This document shows positions 28,520 to 39,100 of a DNA stretch of 53,414 bases, in pieces; the first letter of the stretch is position 1, and every line of letters begins with the position of its first letter. The translations under genes were made by a program, and so were the position numbers. Origin of the DNA: Deltaproteobacteria bacterium (GTDB lineage: Bacteria > Myxococcota_A > Polyangia > Polyangiales > Polyangiaceae); contig JAYWEH010000724.1 in assembly GCA_043780025.1 (NCBI GenBank), positions 1-53,414 of the forward strand, given 5' to 3'. The notes below the pieces were generated by a model. It made no database searches. It was not told the origin of the DNA and was given only the letters and a program-made list of their open reading frames with translations.

Positions 28520-29758
28520 TCAGAAGATGATGCGCGGGGGCACCGGCACCTGGCACTCGTTGGCTGGAGTCAGCCAGCGTAGGAGGTTGAGCCAGAAGCG
28601 CGGGATGTCGAGCTGACCCATTTGTTCGGTAGCGCTGCAGGCGGCGCAGACCTGCTCGCACTGCGTGCAAGACGTCGAACACGACGTGCAGCCCTGATCG
28701 CAACCGCGCCGGCAGGTGCCCCCGTCGGCTGCTTGTTGCCCGCCTTCGCAGGGCTGAAGCTGGCAACTCTGGCACTGCTGCTCGCAGGACGTGCATTGTG
28801 TATTGCACTGGTTGCAGCCCTGTTGGCAGGGCGTGAGCGGGCGATTGGTCATGGGCAACCAGAGCGCATCTTGCGTAATCCACTCGTCCGCGAAGGCGAA
28901 CGCGTGGCCCGCCCCGAAGGTCTTCGCCATGGCCAGATCGTACGCGCCCTCGCGGATGATCACCTCGCCGTCCCCTGTGACGGGGTAGGCGTAATAGATG
29001 CCCATCGCCGAGAGGCCATCCATCGTGGGGTGCGCCGGGCTGACGATGCCACGGGTGATCATCGGCGGAGCGCCCGTGCCCAGAATGCCGGCGCCAAGGC
29101 CCTGATAAGCGTACCCGAGGCCGAGTGGAGCGAGCAGCGCCGCGACGGGCGCGGCATCCGTTTCACGATTCGAGTAACCCGCGAGGCTCATCAAGCCTCC
29201 ACCCTCGACCTCCACCCATTGCCTCAAAGCGTCGATATCCGCGGCGCCATAGCCGCCCGAGTTGGCGCGTTCGGACATGTTGCCGACGACCAGCACCTGC
29301 AAGCCGGCGAGCGCCTCGGCAGTGAGCGGGTCGCGAGCGCCGATATGCGCCACGGGAATGTCGCTACGCTCCTCGAGCCAAGCTTCGAAAGCGCCTGTGG
29401 CGTTGCCGGCATCCGACGCCAGAGCGCCGAGGAAGCCGATTTTCAGGCAATCGCACAGGCCATCGGTGCCCTTGTCGACGTCATCGATGATGCCGTTTTC
29501 GTTTTCGTCGATGCCGTCACACGCGAGCTCGGTGCCGATGTTGGTGGGGTTGCCGTTCTGGTCGACGGCGGGGCCGTCATCGAGGATCAACTCGTCATCA
29601 GGGCCGCCCGGGCCACCCGGTGTGTTTGGGAGCTGAGGAATGCCGTCGGGATTCCCCGTGCCAACACTCGCCGGATCGGCTGAGGAACCGCCCGCGGAAC
29701 AATGCCAGAGCGCCCCTACGCAGAGCGCGAGGGTCACCCCATGAGTTAGTACTTTCAT
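28520..29758 (-). CDS. secreted protein with a GATase1/ThuA-like middle domain and a Cys-rich C-terminal module
   Basis: Signal peptide MKVLTHGVTLALCVGALWHCSAGG. An acidic Ca-binding-like motif ACDGIDENENGIIDDVD. LQVLVVGNMSERANSGGYGAADIDALRQWVEVEGGGLMSLAGY. C-terminal CQQGCNQCNTQCTSCEQQCQSCQLQPC...CRRGCDQGCTSCSTSCTQCEQVCAAC. Confidence 0.6.
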   Translation of the reverse strand: MKVLTHGVTLALCVGALWHCSAGGSSADPASVGTGNPDGIPQLPNTPGGPGGPDDELILDDGPAVDQNGNPTNIGTELACDGIDENENGIIDDVDKGTDGLCDCLKIGFLGALASDAGNATGAFEAWLEERSDIPVAHIGARDPLTAEALAGLQVLVVGNMSERANSGGYGAADIDALRQWVEVEGGGLMSLAGYSNRETDAAPVAALLAPLGLGYAYQGLGAGILGTGAPPMITRGIVSPAHPTMDGLSAMGIYYAYPVTGDGEVIIREGAYDLAMAKTFGAGHAFAFADEWITQDALWLPMTNRPLTPCQQGCNQCNTQCTSCEQQCQSCQLQPCEGGQQAADGGTCRRGCDQGCTSCSTSCTQCEQVCAACSATEQMGQLDIPRFWLNLLRWLTPANECQVPVPPRIIF

Positions 29759-29894
29759 GAGCGCTTCCTCCGTATAGCCCGGGGCCGGCCGGCGGACAAC
29801 GTGTCACCTCTATGGAGGACGCCCTGGGGGTGAACGTTCGGCGCCCCAATTCGCCCCGCCCCGAGATGCTCTCGACCATAATCGACGCCCCTAC

Positions 29895-30593
29895 ATGTCC
29901 TCCTTCGCGTGCCGGAGCTGCGGCCGAAATTTCACGGTTGCCCGGGCCACGCTGGACAAGTACCCCACCTGGCAGCCGAAACAGTGTCTGCGCTGCCGCT
30001 CGACCGAGAAACCGGGCAAGGGCCGGCCTCCGAGCGGGACCCGGAGCGCCGAGGCCAAGTCCCCCGATTCGGCGCCAAGGACGCCAGGGCGGCTCAAAGG
30101 CGGCGCCGGGGAGCGGGACCTCACACTGAAAGAGGTCCTCGAAGCCTATTCTGACGGTCCGACGACCGGCGTTTTTACGGATGGCGCGGCTCACCCTAAC
30201 CCGGGCGCAGGTGGCTGGGGGGCGGTCTACGTGGTGGACAACCAAGTGATCTCCGAAGCACGGGGCTCCGAACCGCACACGACCAACAATCGCATGGAGC
30301 TCACGGCCCTGTTGGCTGGCTATCAGATGGTCCCCGTGGGCCAGGCCGTCTCGGTGATGACCGACAGTCAGCTCTGCGTCGATACGGTCAATCAGTGGGC
30401 GGCCGACTGGGAACGGAATGGCTGGAAACGCAAGGGAGGGCCGATCAAGAACTTGGACCTGGTGCAGGAACTGTATCGAGTGGCGCGGAGCCGGCCGGAA
30501 ATTGAGCTGCGCTGGATCAAATCCCACAACGGGTACCTTTGGAACGAATACGCGGACGCCCTCGCGACTGCGTATCGCCGAGCGGGGCTCTGA
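29895..30593 (+). CDS. rnhA: ribonuclease HI with an N-terminal Cys4 zinc-ribbon extension
   Basis: DEDD residues in context: VFTDGA, NNRMELTAL, VMTDSQ and NEYADALA. The N-terminal motif CRSCG...CLRC is followed by a K/P/G/R-rich linker. Confidence 0.85.
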   Translation: MSSFACRSCGRNFTVARATLDKYPTWQPKQCLRCRSTEKPGKGRPPSGTRSAEAKSPDSAPRTPGRLKGGAGERDLTLKEVLEAYSDGPTTGVFTDGAAHPNPGAGGWGAVYVVDNQVISEARGSEPHTTNNRMELTALLAGYQMVPVGQAVSVMTDSQLCVDTVNQWAADWERNGWKRKGGPIKNLDLVQELYRVARSRPEIELRWIKSHNGYLWNEYADALATAYRRAGL

Positions 30594-30965
30594 GGGGCTA
30601 GATTCCAGGCCGTTCGGCCCGGATTAGGGTGGGCTGCCAAAACGAGGCACCTGCGACTACTCACGGTGCGTGGCGATAGCGCGAGTATCCCCCACTGCCG
30701 TCGGCTCGATGCATGACGCCGAGAGCGGCGTGACCCCTCCCGCCTCGCGCGCCGAGAACCGGAAAACCGAGCGCAATCCGAGTCACTCGAGCAGCCAAAT
30801 CCCGAGCAAAATCCGCAATGCCGCGCGGCGGCGAAGCCAGAAAACCCTTGCGACTCGGGTAGCTTGGCGACAAACTCTGGCGTATCCTCGGGCGTCGTTT
30901 GTGCCGCTGTCGATTTTTTTGCGGCGCCCGATCTCCGCGCAGCCCCCGACTCACCGCCTACTCCC

Positions 30966-32597
30966 ATGACGCGACTCACTGAGCCATCGCTACTGCCGAC
31001 GCCGTCGCGCAGGGAGTACTCGCCGGGAGATGTGATCACGGGCAAGTACCGCTTGCACCAGTTGCTTGGGGAAGGGGGAATGGGCTCGGTCTGGGTCGCC
31101 GAAAACATGGCGCTGAAGGCCAACATAGCCCTCAAGTTGATTCGCGCAGATGTCGCGGAACCCTCGGCAAACGAACGGTTCTTGAGTGAAGCCCGCTTAG
31201 CCGCTCGGCTCCAGCACGCCTCCATCGTCAGGGTCTTCGACTTCGGCACGACCGAAAACGAAGAGCCGTACATCGTGATGGAGCTGCTCGAGGGCGAAAC
31301 GCTCGGGCAGCGTTTGACTCGGCTGGGCTCGATTGACCCGACAGAGCTCTGCCAGACGCTGCTGCCGATCATTGATGCCCTTCATTCGGCGCACGGCCAT
31401 GGCGTGATTCATCGCGACCTGAAGCCGGACAACGTCTTCATCGCCAAGACGGACGGTGGCGGCGTGCAGCCGAAGCTCCTCGACTTCGGGATCGCCAAGC
31501 TGCGGACCGAGAGCACGTTCCACACCACCAAGCTCACCCAAGCCGGCACCTTGATCGGCAGCCCTGACTATATGTCGCCCGAGCAGGCGCGCGGAGAGCT
31601 GGATCTCGACCCCCGCAGCGACGTGTGGGCGCTCTGCGTGCTGGCCTACGAATGTCTGGTTGGGAAACCCCCGTTTCACGGGGATAACTACAACGCGCTG
31701 CTCTGGTCGATCATCCACGACGAGCCGGTGCCAATAACCGTCTTCCAAGCCGGCGACTCGGAGCTGTGGAGAATCCTGAAAACGGGTTTCTCCAAGGACC
31801 GCAACGGTCGCTGGGCGAGCGCGCGCAAGTTGGGCGAAGCGCTGGCCGGGTGGCTGGAGAATCACGGCGTCGTGGAAGACGTCTGTAATCGCTCCTTGCA
31901 CGCGAGCTGGCTGCCCGCCGAGCGGCCCACGCGGCCCGAGCTGGCGCCGTTCAACGACCTGACGCCGCCGCCGCAACGCGTCTCCTCACACTCCGCCCTG
32001 GTGCAGTCGCCGACGCTGCCCGGGCTACGCCGGCCGCACACGATGAGCCTTTGGGTCGCCGGTGCCGGGCTGGCGACTTTGATGGGCGCACTATTTCTGA
32101 CCGGCAGCGACGACGACGAAGAGGCAGGGTTAGCCGCACCCACGAGCTCGAACACCGAGGTCTTCAAGGCAGAGCCCGCCGCTCGTCCCGGCACCGCTGC
32201 GGATGGCCACAACTCTGGCTCTGGCAACGCCGCTTCTCTCAACGCCGGGTCTGGACGGGCGGGAGGCGTATCGGCCGGTTCGGCGTCGCCGAATTCGCAT
32301 CGAGGCAGTGGTGGGCAGGCACCGCTCGAGGGGTCCGCCAACAAGCCAGCGTCTTTGCCGGAAGAAGATCGGCCGCTGAACGTCAACGAGCTCGACGAGG
32401 TAAGAGACAGCAACTCGTCGAATGACGACGACGACCGACCGAAGCGGCGTAGCTCCACGCGCACGGTCCGCGCCGCGAAACCGGCGGCCGTCACACCCGC
32501 CGCGTCCCACACCAAGCAGCAGCAGCCAGCGCGAAGCCCTCGAAAAAAAGAGGCGTCGGAGCCAAAGTCCGACACCGAATACGATTTCGGTATTTGA
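30966..32597 (+). CDS. Ser/Thr protein kinase (Hanks type) with a disordered C-terminal half
   Basis: GEGGMGSVWVA, ALKLI, HRDLKPDNVF, DFGIAK and SPDYMSPEQ. The start is at MTRLTEPS (30966). Confidence 0.85.
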   Translation: MTRLTEPSLLPTPSRREYSPGDVITGKYRLHQLLGEGGMGSVWVAENMALKANIALKLIRADVAEPSANERFLSEARLAARLQHASIVRVFDFGTTENEEPYIVMELLEGETLGQRLTRLGSIDPTELCQTLLPIIDALHSAHGHGVIHRDLKPDNVFIAKTDGGGVQPKLLDFGIAKLRTESTFHTTKLTQAGTLIGSPDYMSPEQARGELDLDPRSDVWALCVLAYECLVGKPPFHGDNYNALLWSIIHDEPVPITVFQAGDSELWRILKTGFSKDRNGRWASARKLGEALAGWLENHGVVEDVCNRSLHASWLPAERPTRPELAPFNDLTPPPQRVSSHSALVQSPTLPGLRRPHTMSLWVAGAGLATLMGALFLTGSDDDEEAGLAAPTSSNTEVFKAEPAARPGTAADGHNSGSGNAASLNAGSGRAGGVSAGSASPNSHRGSGGQAPLEGSANKPASLPEEDRPLNVNELDEVRDSNSSNDDDDRPKRRSSTRTVRAAKPAAVTPAASHTKQQQPARSPRKKEASEPKSDTEYDFGI

Positions 32598-32605
32598 ATC
32601 CCGAG

Positions 32606-32705
32606 CTGTTAGCTCTTCGAGCCTTCGGCTCTGTTAGCTCTTCGAGCCTCCGGCTCTCTGTGACTCCCCAGCTTCCGGCTCGCTGTAGCTCTCGCGCCTC
32701 CGGCT
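32606..32705. repeat. four tandem 25-bp units (CTGTTAGCTCTTCGAGCCTYCGGCT-like) in the STK-recC intergenic region
   Basis: Units at 32606-30, 32631-55, 32656-80 and 32681-705. Units 1 and 2 differ at one base. Each carries a GAGCC-TYC-GGCTC hairpin. Confidence 0.7.
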
Positions 32706-32756
32706 CGCTGATGCCTGTTGCTGCGCGGCGAGGGTTGATCGCATGTTCGCCCGGGC

Positions 32757-35700
32757 ATGGGTATTGGACCGAGCGAGAACCCGCTTTCCCGAGGCCTGCG
32801 GGTCTATCGCAGCAATCGCATGGAAGCGCTCGTGGACGCGCTCGGCGACGTATTGAGCACACCCCTCGCGAACCCACTGTCGCCCGAGTGCATCTTGGTG
32901 CCCGGGCGCGGCGTCGCGCAGTGGCTGAGCATGCGGCTGTGCCAGCGCTTCGGTGTCTGGGCCAATCCGCTCTACCTTTTTCCGCGTAACTTCACCACCT
33001 GGGCCCTCGAGCGCGTGCTCGGCAGCCGAGACGAAGCCGTCGAGACGTTGGACCGCGATCGCCTGATCTGGGTGTTGTTCGGCACGTTGCGCCCGGAGCT
33101 CGGGCGACCCGAGTTCGAAGCCCTGCGGCGATACGTCCAAGGGGATCCCAACGGCGTCCGTTACTTTGACCTGTGCGAGCGCATCGCGTTCACGTTCGAC
33201 CGCTACGCGATCTACCGCCCCGAGCTGCTCGAGAGCTGGGAGCGCGGAGCGAACCTACGCGAAAAAACAAACGAGGAAGCACCACAGCTCCGGCTGTTCG
33301 CAAAGCCGGACGACACGCAGCGCTGGCAGCCCATCTTGTGGCGGGCTCTCCGGGCACACCCCGGCACGGCGCACCTCGGAGCGCTGGAGCGGCGCTTCTT
33401 GCGCAGCCTCGACAAAGCGCGGCGGCTGTCGAACCTGCCGGCGCGCATCTGCTCGCTCGGCATCACTCACCTACCCCCCAGCTATACGCGCATTCTGGTG
33501 GCGCTCGGCGCACACGTGCCGGTGCATCTATTTCAGCTCGAAGCCACGGAAAGGAGAGCGGGCGACGACAGCCTCGAGGCGGCGCGGCCGAGCCGCTCCG
33601 TGCCGAGCGAGCTCGCGCGCACCCACAACCCCTTGTTGGCTTCGCTCGGGGTGCTGGCAGGCGATTTCGAGCGCGTGTTGTCCGCCGAGCTCACACGGCA
33701 AGAGGTCGCCGCCGACTCCGTGGCGCTGTTCCAGCTTCCCGAAGGAGGGAGCCTCTTGTCGCAGCTGCAGCGCGAAATCTCGACCGATCGTGCTGCGGCC
33801 CCGGCAGCGGCACTGAGCGCAGTCTCGAACGACGAATCGATTCGCATCCACGATTGCCACAGCCCGATGCGCGAGGTCGAGGTCCTGCACGCACAGTTGA
33901 TAGATCTCTTGGCGAAGCCCAAAGGCATCGAACCGCGCGACGTGATCGTCATGATGCCGGACGTCGAAGTGTATGCGCCGCTGATTGAAGCGGTGTTCCA
34001 GCGCGGGCGAAATGACCCGCAGCGCATCCCCTACTCCATCGCCGATCGTTCGGCGGAACGCGCAGCCCCGGTCATCGACGCGCTGGAGCGGCTGTTCGAG
34101 CTCGCCGATCAGCGGCTGACGGTGTCACAGGTTTCGGATCTGCTGGCGCGCGAGGTGATCGCCCAGCGCTTCGACATCAGCCCTCGCGAAGTCGAGCAGA
34201 TGACCCGCTGGCTCGGGCAAACCAACGTGCGTTGGGGCATCGACGCGGAACATCGAAAACTGCACGGGCATCCGCCCGCCTTGGCCAATACGTGGCGCCT
34301 CGGCCTCGAGCGGCTCTTGCTCGGATATGCCGTTCACCAGCCGACTCCAGAGTTGCTGGGTGAGATGCTGCCAGCGCCGTCGGCTGAAGGTATCGAGGCG
34401 CTCGCGCTCGGCAAGCTCGCCGAATTCGTCGACACGTTGTTCCGGCAGCTCGGCGAGTTAGGTCGCGCGCATCCCGCCGCAGCGTGGCCGGCCGTGGTGA
34501 CCGAAGCTCTGGAGGCGCTCTCCGTGAACGACGCCGACAACGCCTGGCAACACCAGTCCGTGCGCGATGCGCTGACCGGGCTCAGCGAACACGCCGCCAG
34601 GGCGGCCTATGCGGAGCCGGTGTGCAGCCGCGCTTTCGCCCGCTTGTTGTTCGATGCGGTGAACGCCGCCCGCGCCGGAAGCGGTTTCATGGTCGGCGGC
34701 GTGACGTTCTGCTCGATGGTGCCGCTACGCACGATCCCGTTCCGCGTGGTGTGCATGATGGGGCTGTCGGACGGCGAATTTCCGCGCCACGACGTGACCA
34801 CCGACTTTGATCTGATCGCGAGCGATCCCCAGGGGCCGCGCCTCGGCGATCGCTCGGCGCGCAACGAGGACCGCTACCTGTTTCTGGAGGCCATCTTATC
34901 CGCACGCGAGCGCTTGATCATCACCTACACGGGTCAGAGCATCCGCGACAACTCCGCCCTGCCTCCAAGCGTCGTGTTGCGTGAGCTGCTCGACTACCTG
35001 GAGCGCTACCGCCCTCACGGCCACGCCGACCAACCGTGGCTGGTGCGCCATCCACTGCAGCCATTCAGTCCGCGCTACTTCGATCGCAGCGACCCGCGAT
35101 TGTTCTCATACGAGAGCCGCCCACTCACGTCGCAGAGGCCGGGCCCGAGCGGCGCGGCCGCCCCGAATTTTTTCCCTGAGCCTCTGCCGCCCCCGATACG
35201 AGCGCCGATCGCCCTGGCCGAGCTCACGCGGTTTTTTGCCAATCCCACAGCTCATCTGCTCGAACGCCGCCTGGATCTCTTTCTCAAAGATTTCACGCAG
35301 GAGTTACCCGACCGGGAACCGCAAGAGCTCTCGCCGCTCGAGGTGTTCACCGCGGGCGACGAGCTGCTCGCGCTGATCTTGCGCGACACGCCGCTCGACA
35401 AGGCCATGCGTTTGGTGGCCGCGGGTGGGACGTTGCCGCTCGGCGCTCCCGGCGAGCTTGCATTCCTCGAGATTTCGGCGTCGGCTTTGCCCATTGCCGA
35501 GTGCGTGCGGCGCGCGAAGGCTAGAGGTCCGAGGCCACGCCTCTTGGTCGACGCGAAGCTACCAACGGGGCGGCGTGTGTTCGGCAGCTTGACGGACCTA
35601 TTCGGCCCGGGTGTGCTGCACCACCAGTTCGCGCGCGTCCGCGCCAAACAGCTGCTGTCGCTGTGGATTCAGCACCTCGTCTTTTGCTGGCTATCGCCCG

Positions 35701-36107
35701 CGGAAGCCGAAGCCAAAAGCACGCTGATCGGGCGCCCCGAAAAAGACACGGGCCGCCGCGTCGTGGAGTTTCGCCGCGTGGCAGAGCCGGCCCAGCACCT
35801 CGAAACGCTCGTCAAGAGGTACGATCAAGGGCAAGCGCTGCCGCTCGCGCTGTTTCCCACGACGTCGCTCCTGTACGCGGAGCTCGTGCGCAACCAGAAG
35901 GTCGACCGCGGCGTCGAGGGGCAGTTGCAGAAATCGTGGGAGCAGGAGCTCTCGGAAGATGTACGGCTCACTCGCGTCTTCGGCTCGGGCACGCTGCTCG
36001 AGGAGGTGCGTCCGCTGGGAGCAGGGCACGCGGGTTTCGAAGAGCTCGCGCTCGAGACCTTCGAGCCGCTGCTCGAGCATTGCAGCGAGCCGGAGGAGGA
36101 CACATGA
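32757..36107 (+). CDS. recC: exodeoxyribonuclease V gamma subunit
   Basis: 1116 aa. The N-terminus LRVYRSNRMEALVDALGDVL is typical of RecC. The stop overlaps the recB start (ATGA). Confidence 0.9.
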   Translation: MGIGPSENPLSRGLRVYRSNRMEALVDALGDVLSTPLANPLSPECILVPGRGVAQWLSMRLCQRFGVWANPLYLFPRNFTTWALERVLGSRDEAVETLDRDRLIWVLFGTLRPELGRPEFEALRRYVQGDPNGVRYFDLCERIAFTFDRYAIYRPELLESWERGANLREKTNEEAPQLRLFAKPDDTQRWQPILWRALRAHPGTAHLGALERRFLRSLDKARRLSNLPARICSLGITHLPPSYTRILVALGAHVPVHLFQLEATERRAGDDSLEAARPSRSVPSELARTHNPLLASLGVLAGDFERVLSAELTRQEVAADSVALFQLPEGGSLLSQLQREISTDRAAAPAAALSAVSNDESIRIHDCHSPMREVEVLHAQLIDLLAKPKGIEPRDVIVMMPDVEVYAPLIEAVFQRGRNDPQRIPYSIADRSAERAAPVIDALERLFELADQRLTVSQVSDLLAREVIAQRFDISPREVEQMTRWLGQTNVRWGIDAEHRKLHGHPPALANTWRLGLERLLLGYAVHQPTPELLGEMLPAPSAEGIEALALGKLAEFVDTLFRQLGELGRAHPAAAWPAVVTEALEALSVNDADNAWQHQSVRDALTGLSEHAARAAYAEPVCSRAFARLLFDAVNAARAGSGFMVGGVTFCSMVPLRTIPFRVVCMMGLSDGEFPRHDVTTDFDLIASDPQGPRLGDRSARNEDRYLFLEAILSARERLIITYTGQSIRDNSALPPSVVLRELLDYLERYRPHGHADQPWLVRHPLQPFSPRYFDRSDPRLFSYESRPLTSQRPGPSGAAAPNFFPEPLPPPIRAPIALAELTRFFANPTAHLLERRLDLFLKDFTQELPDREPQELSPLEVFTAGDELLALILRDTPLDKAMRLVAAGGTLPLGAPGELAFLEISASALPIAECVRRAKARGPRPRLLVDAKLPTGRRVFGSLTDLFGPGVLHHQFARVRAKQLLSLWIQHLVFCWLSPAEAEAKSTLIGRPEKDTGRRVVEFRRVAEPAQHLETLVKRYDQGQALPLALFPTTSLLYAELVRNQKVDRGVEGQLQKSWEQELSEDVRLTRVFGSGTLLEEVRPLGAGHAGFEELALETFEPLLEHCSEPEEDT

Positions 36108-39100
36108 AGTCCTTCTCCGTCACCGAGATTCCGCTGCGCGGCCGCAACATGGTCGACGCCAGCGCCGGTACGGGCAAGACCTACGCCATCGCGACGTTGT
36201 TCGTGCGCTTGCTGCTCGAAACAGAGCACCACCCGAGCCAGATCCTGGTGGTGACGTTCACGGAAGCGGCCACCGCAGAGCTCCGGGGCCGAGTCCGAGC
36301 CCGGCTGCGCGAGTGCCTCGAAGCCGCGCGCTCCGCGCCGGTTCCACCGCCCACCGCCGATCCGACCTTGATCGAGATCCTGTCTCGCGCCGGCGATACG
36401 GTGCGCAGCGCGCGGCGTCTGGAGCAAGCGCTGTACGAGTTCGACAAGGTCGAAATCTCGACCATTCACGGTTTCTGCCAGCGCGTGTTGATGGAGCGCG
36501 CCTTCCAGACGGACGTCGCATGGGGCAGCGAACTGTACGGCGACGCGCGTCCGGTGATCGACGACCTGGTGCTCGACTATTGGGCCACCGTCGCGGGTCC
36601 GGCCCAACCGGAGTTCCTGGCGCACATGCGCAAAGGGTCGAAGTTCGGCCTCGATGCTGCGCGCGGCCTGGCCTACACGGTGCAACGGACACCCGAGGGG
36701 GCACTGGTGCCGGCCTCGGCGGGGCACGGCGATCCGCCCGATTTCGAGCGGTTCCGCGCAGAATATCGGCGGGTGCGGCAGGTCTGGCAACGCCACGACG
36801 TGCTCGCTCTCTTGGCAGGGAGCAAGGTCAAGAAGCAGTCCTACAATCGCCGCCACACGCCGCGCTGGGTGAAAGCGGTGAGCCAGTTCTTTGCGGGCGA
36901 GCCGAGCCTGTTCTCGAAGCCGCCGGACAGCTTCGAGCGCTTCTGCAGCGCGCGCCTCGCGCAGGCGGGCGGCGACGACCTCTGCACTCACGAGCTGGTG
37001 CTCGCCTGCGACGCATTGCTCGCGGAGTACCAACGTCTGGAGCTAGCGCTCGAGGCAGAGCTCTTGCGCTTCAAGATGGGTCTGTTGGATTTCGTGCGTG
37101 AAGGTCTATCCAACCGAGCTCGCCAGACCGGGCAGTTGTCGTTTGATGACCTGCTCCGCCGCGTGCAACAAGCGCTGACGGGGCCCGGCGGCAAAGATCT
37201 GGCGCTGTCCGTGCGCCAGCGTTACCCCGCCGCGCTCATCGACGAGTTCCAGGACACCGATCCGCTGCAGCTCGACATCTTCGAGCGCATCTACGACGCG
37301 CCCAACGTTTCGTTGTTCTTGATCGGCGATCCCAAGCAGGCCATCTACTCATTTCGGGGCGCGGACGTGTTCAGCTACGTGGCAGCGACCCGGCGCACGT
37401 CCCCCGATCGGCGCTACGGGATGACCACCAACTATCGCTCCGATCCAAGTCTCGTCGCGGCGGTCAACCACCTGTTCGAGTCGAGCGCCCATCCTTTTCT
37501 GTTGCCGGAGATCGGCTTCCAGAGCGTGCGCCCCCGGCCTGGTAGTGACGATGGCCTGACTGACGCGAACGGCAACAACGCTTCGGGCCTGGTGGTCGCG
37601 TTCGCCGACTCGGGCGAGGCCGGCGGGAAACCCCTCGAGCGCGAGTGGGAGCTGCGCAAGCTTCCGGAGTTCGTCGCCAGCGACATTCAGGCGGCCCTCG
37701 CGGGCGGGCTCGTCTACCACGGTGTGAAAGTGGCGCCCGCCGACATCGCGGTGCTGACGCGCACCAACGACCAGGCGTTCTTGATCCAGGCCGCCCTGCG
37801 CGCGCGCGGTGTGCTCAGCGTGGTGCTCGGAGACAAGAGCGTCTACGCTTCCGCGGAGGCGCGTGACGTCGAACGCGTGCTCTCCGCCGTGCTAGAGCCG
37901 AGCAGCACGCGGCTCGTGCGCGCGGCCATCACCACCGAGTTGTTAGGCGTATCGGCGCCCGAGCTCTGGGCCCTGGACGAGGACGAAGCGGCATGGGAAC
38001 GTTGGCTTCGGACCTTTCACGAGCTCGCGGCGATCTGGAGCCAGACGGGGTTCGTGCAGATGTGCCGGGTGATGTTGTCTCGCTGTGTCGTGGAGCAGCG
38101 GCTGCTCGCTCTGGGCGACGGCGAGCGGCGGCTGACGAATGTGTTTCAGCTGATCGAGCTCCTGCACGCGGCCAGTTGCCGCGGCCACCTCGGCCCGAGC
38201 GGTTTGCTCTCGTTTCTGAAGCGGGAACGCCGCCGTCGCGTGGTGGGCGTGGAGGCCGAAGCTGCGCAGATTCGGCTCGAGAGCGACGCGGCGGCGGTCA
38301 AGATCACGACCATGCACAAGAGCAAAGGGCTCGAATATCCGGTGGTGTATTGCCCCTACCTGTGGAGCGGCACGCTCTTGCATGCGAGTGACGCGCGGGC
38401 GCCGAAGTTTCACCAGCATTCGGGCCAGCTCGCGATCGACATCGGCTCGCCAGACCTCGAGGCGAACAAGGAGCGCGCGGGTTGGGAGCAGTTCGCAGAG
38501 AACCTGCGCCTCGCGTATGTCGCGCTGACCCGGGCTCGCCACCGCTGCACCGTGTATTGGGGACGGATCAGGAGCTTCGCCACTTCGCCGCTCGGCTACC
38601 TGTTGCACCCGCCGCCGGCCGGAGACGGCCCGCCGAGCGTGAGCGAGATCAAGCAGCACCTCGGGAGCCTCGATGACGCCACGATGCTGGCCGAGCTCGA
38701 GCGCCATAGCGGCGCGGCGTCCATCGCGATTGAACGCGTCGCGCTTCGCCAAAGCCCGCTCCGAGACGAATCGGACACTAGCTTGCCTGCTCCGGCCTTC
38801 ATCGCGCGCAAGCCGGAGCGAGCGATCGATGACCGCTACCGGACCAGCAGCTTCTCCGCGTTGACGCGCGACTCCGAGCTCACGATCACCAAAGAGGTGG
38901 ACGAACACGTCCGCGACCATGACGCGGCGGCGCGCCCCGCGGAGTCGCCGGCCGCTCGGGAGCAGAGCGAGCCGCCGATCCGGCTCTTCGAGTTTCCGCG
39001 CGGCGCGAAGGCGGGCAGCTTCTTCCACGACGTGCTCGAGCACCACGATTTCGCGAGCGCGCGGCCCGGCGCGTTACCCAAGCTCGTGGAGACGCGGCTC

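Noticed and set aside
32594-32989. 131-aa ORF running through the 25-bp repeat array, and the idea that the array is a mini-CRISPR.
   Set aside because: The translation is repetitive low complexity and overlaps the recC start. The units are contiguous with no unique spacers and no cas genes are nearby, so it is not a CRISPR array.
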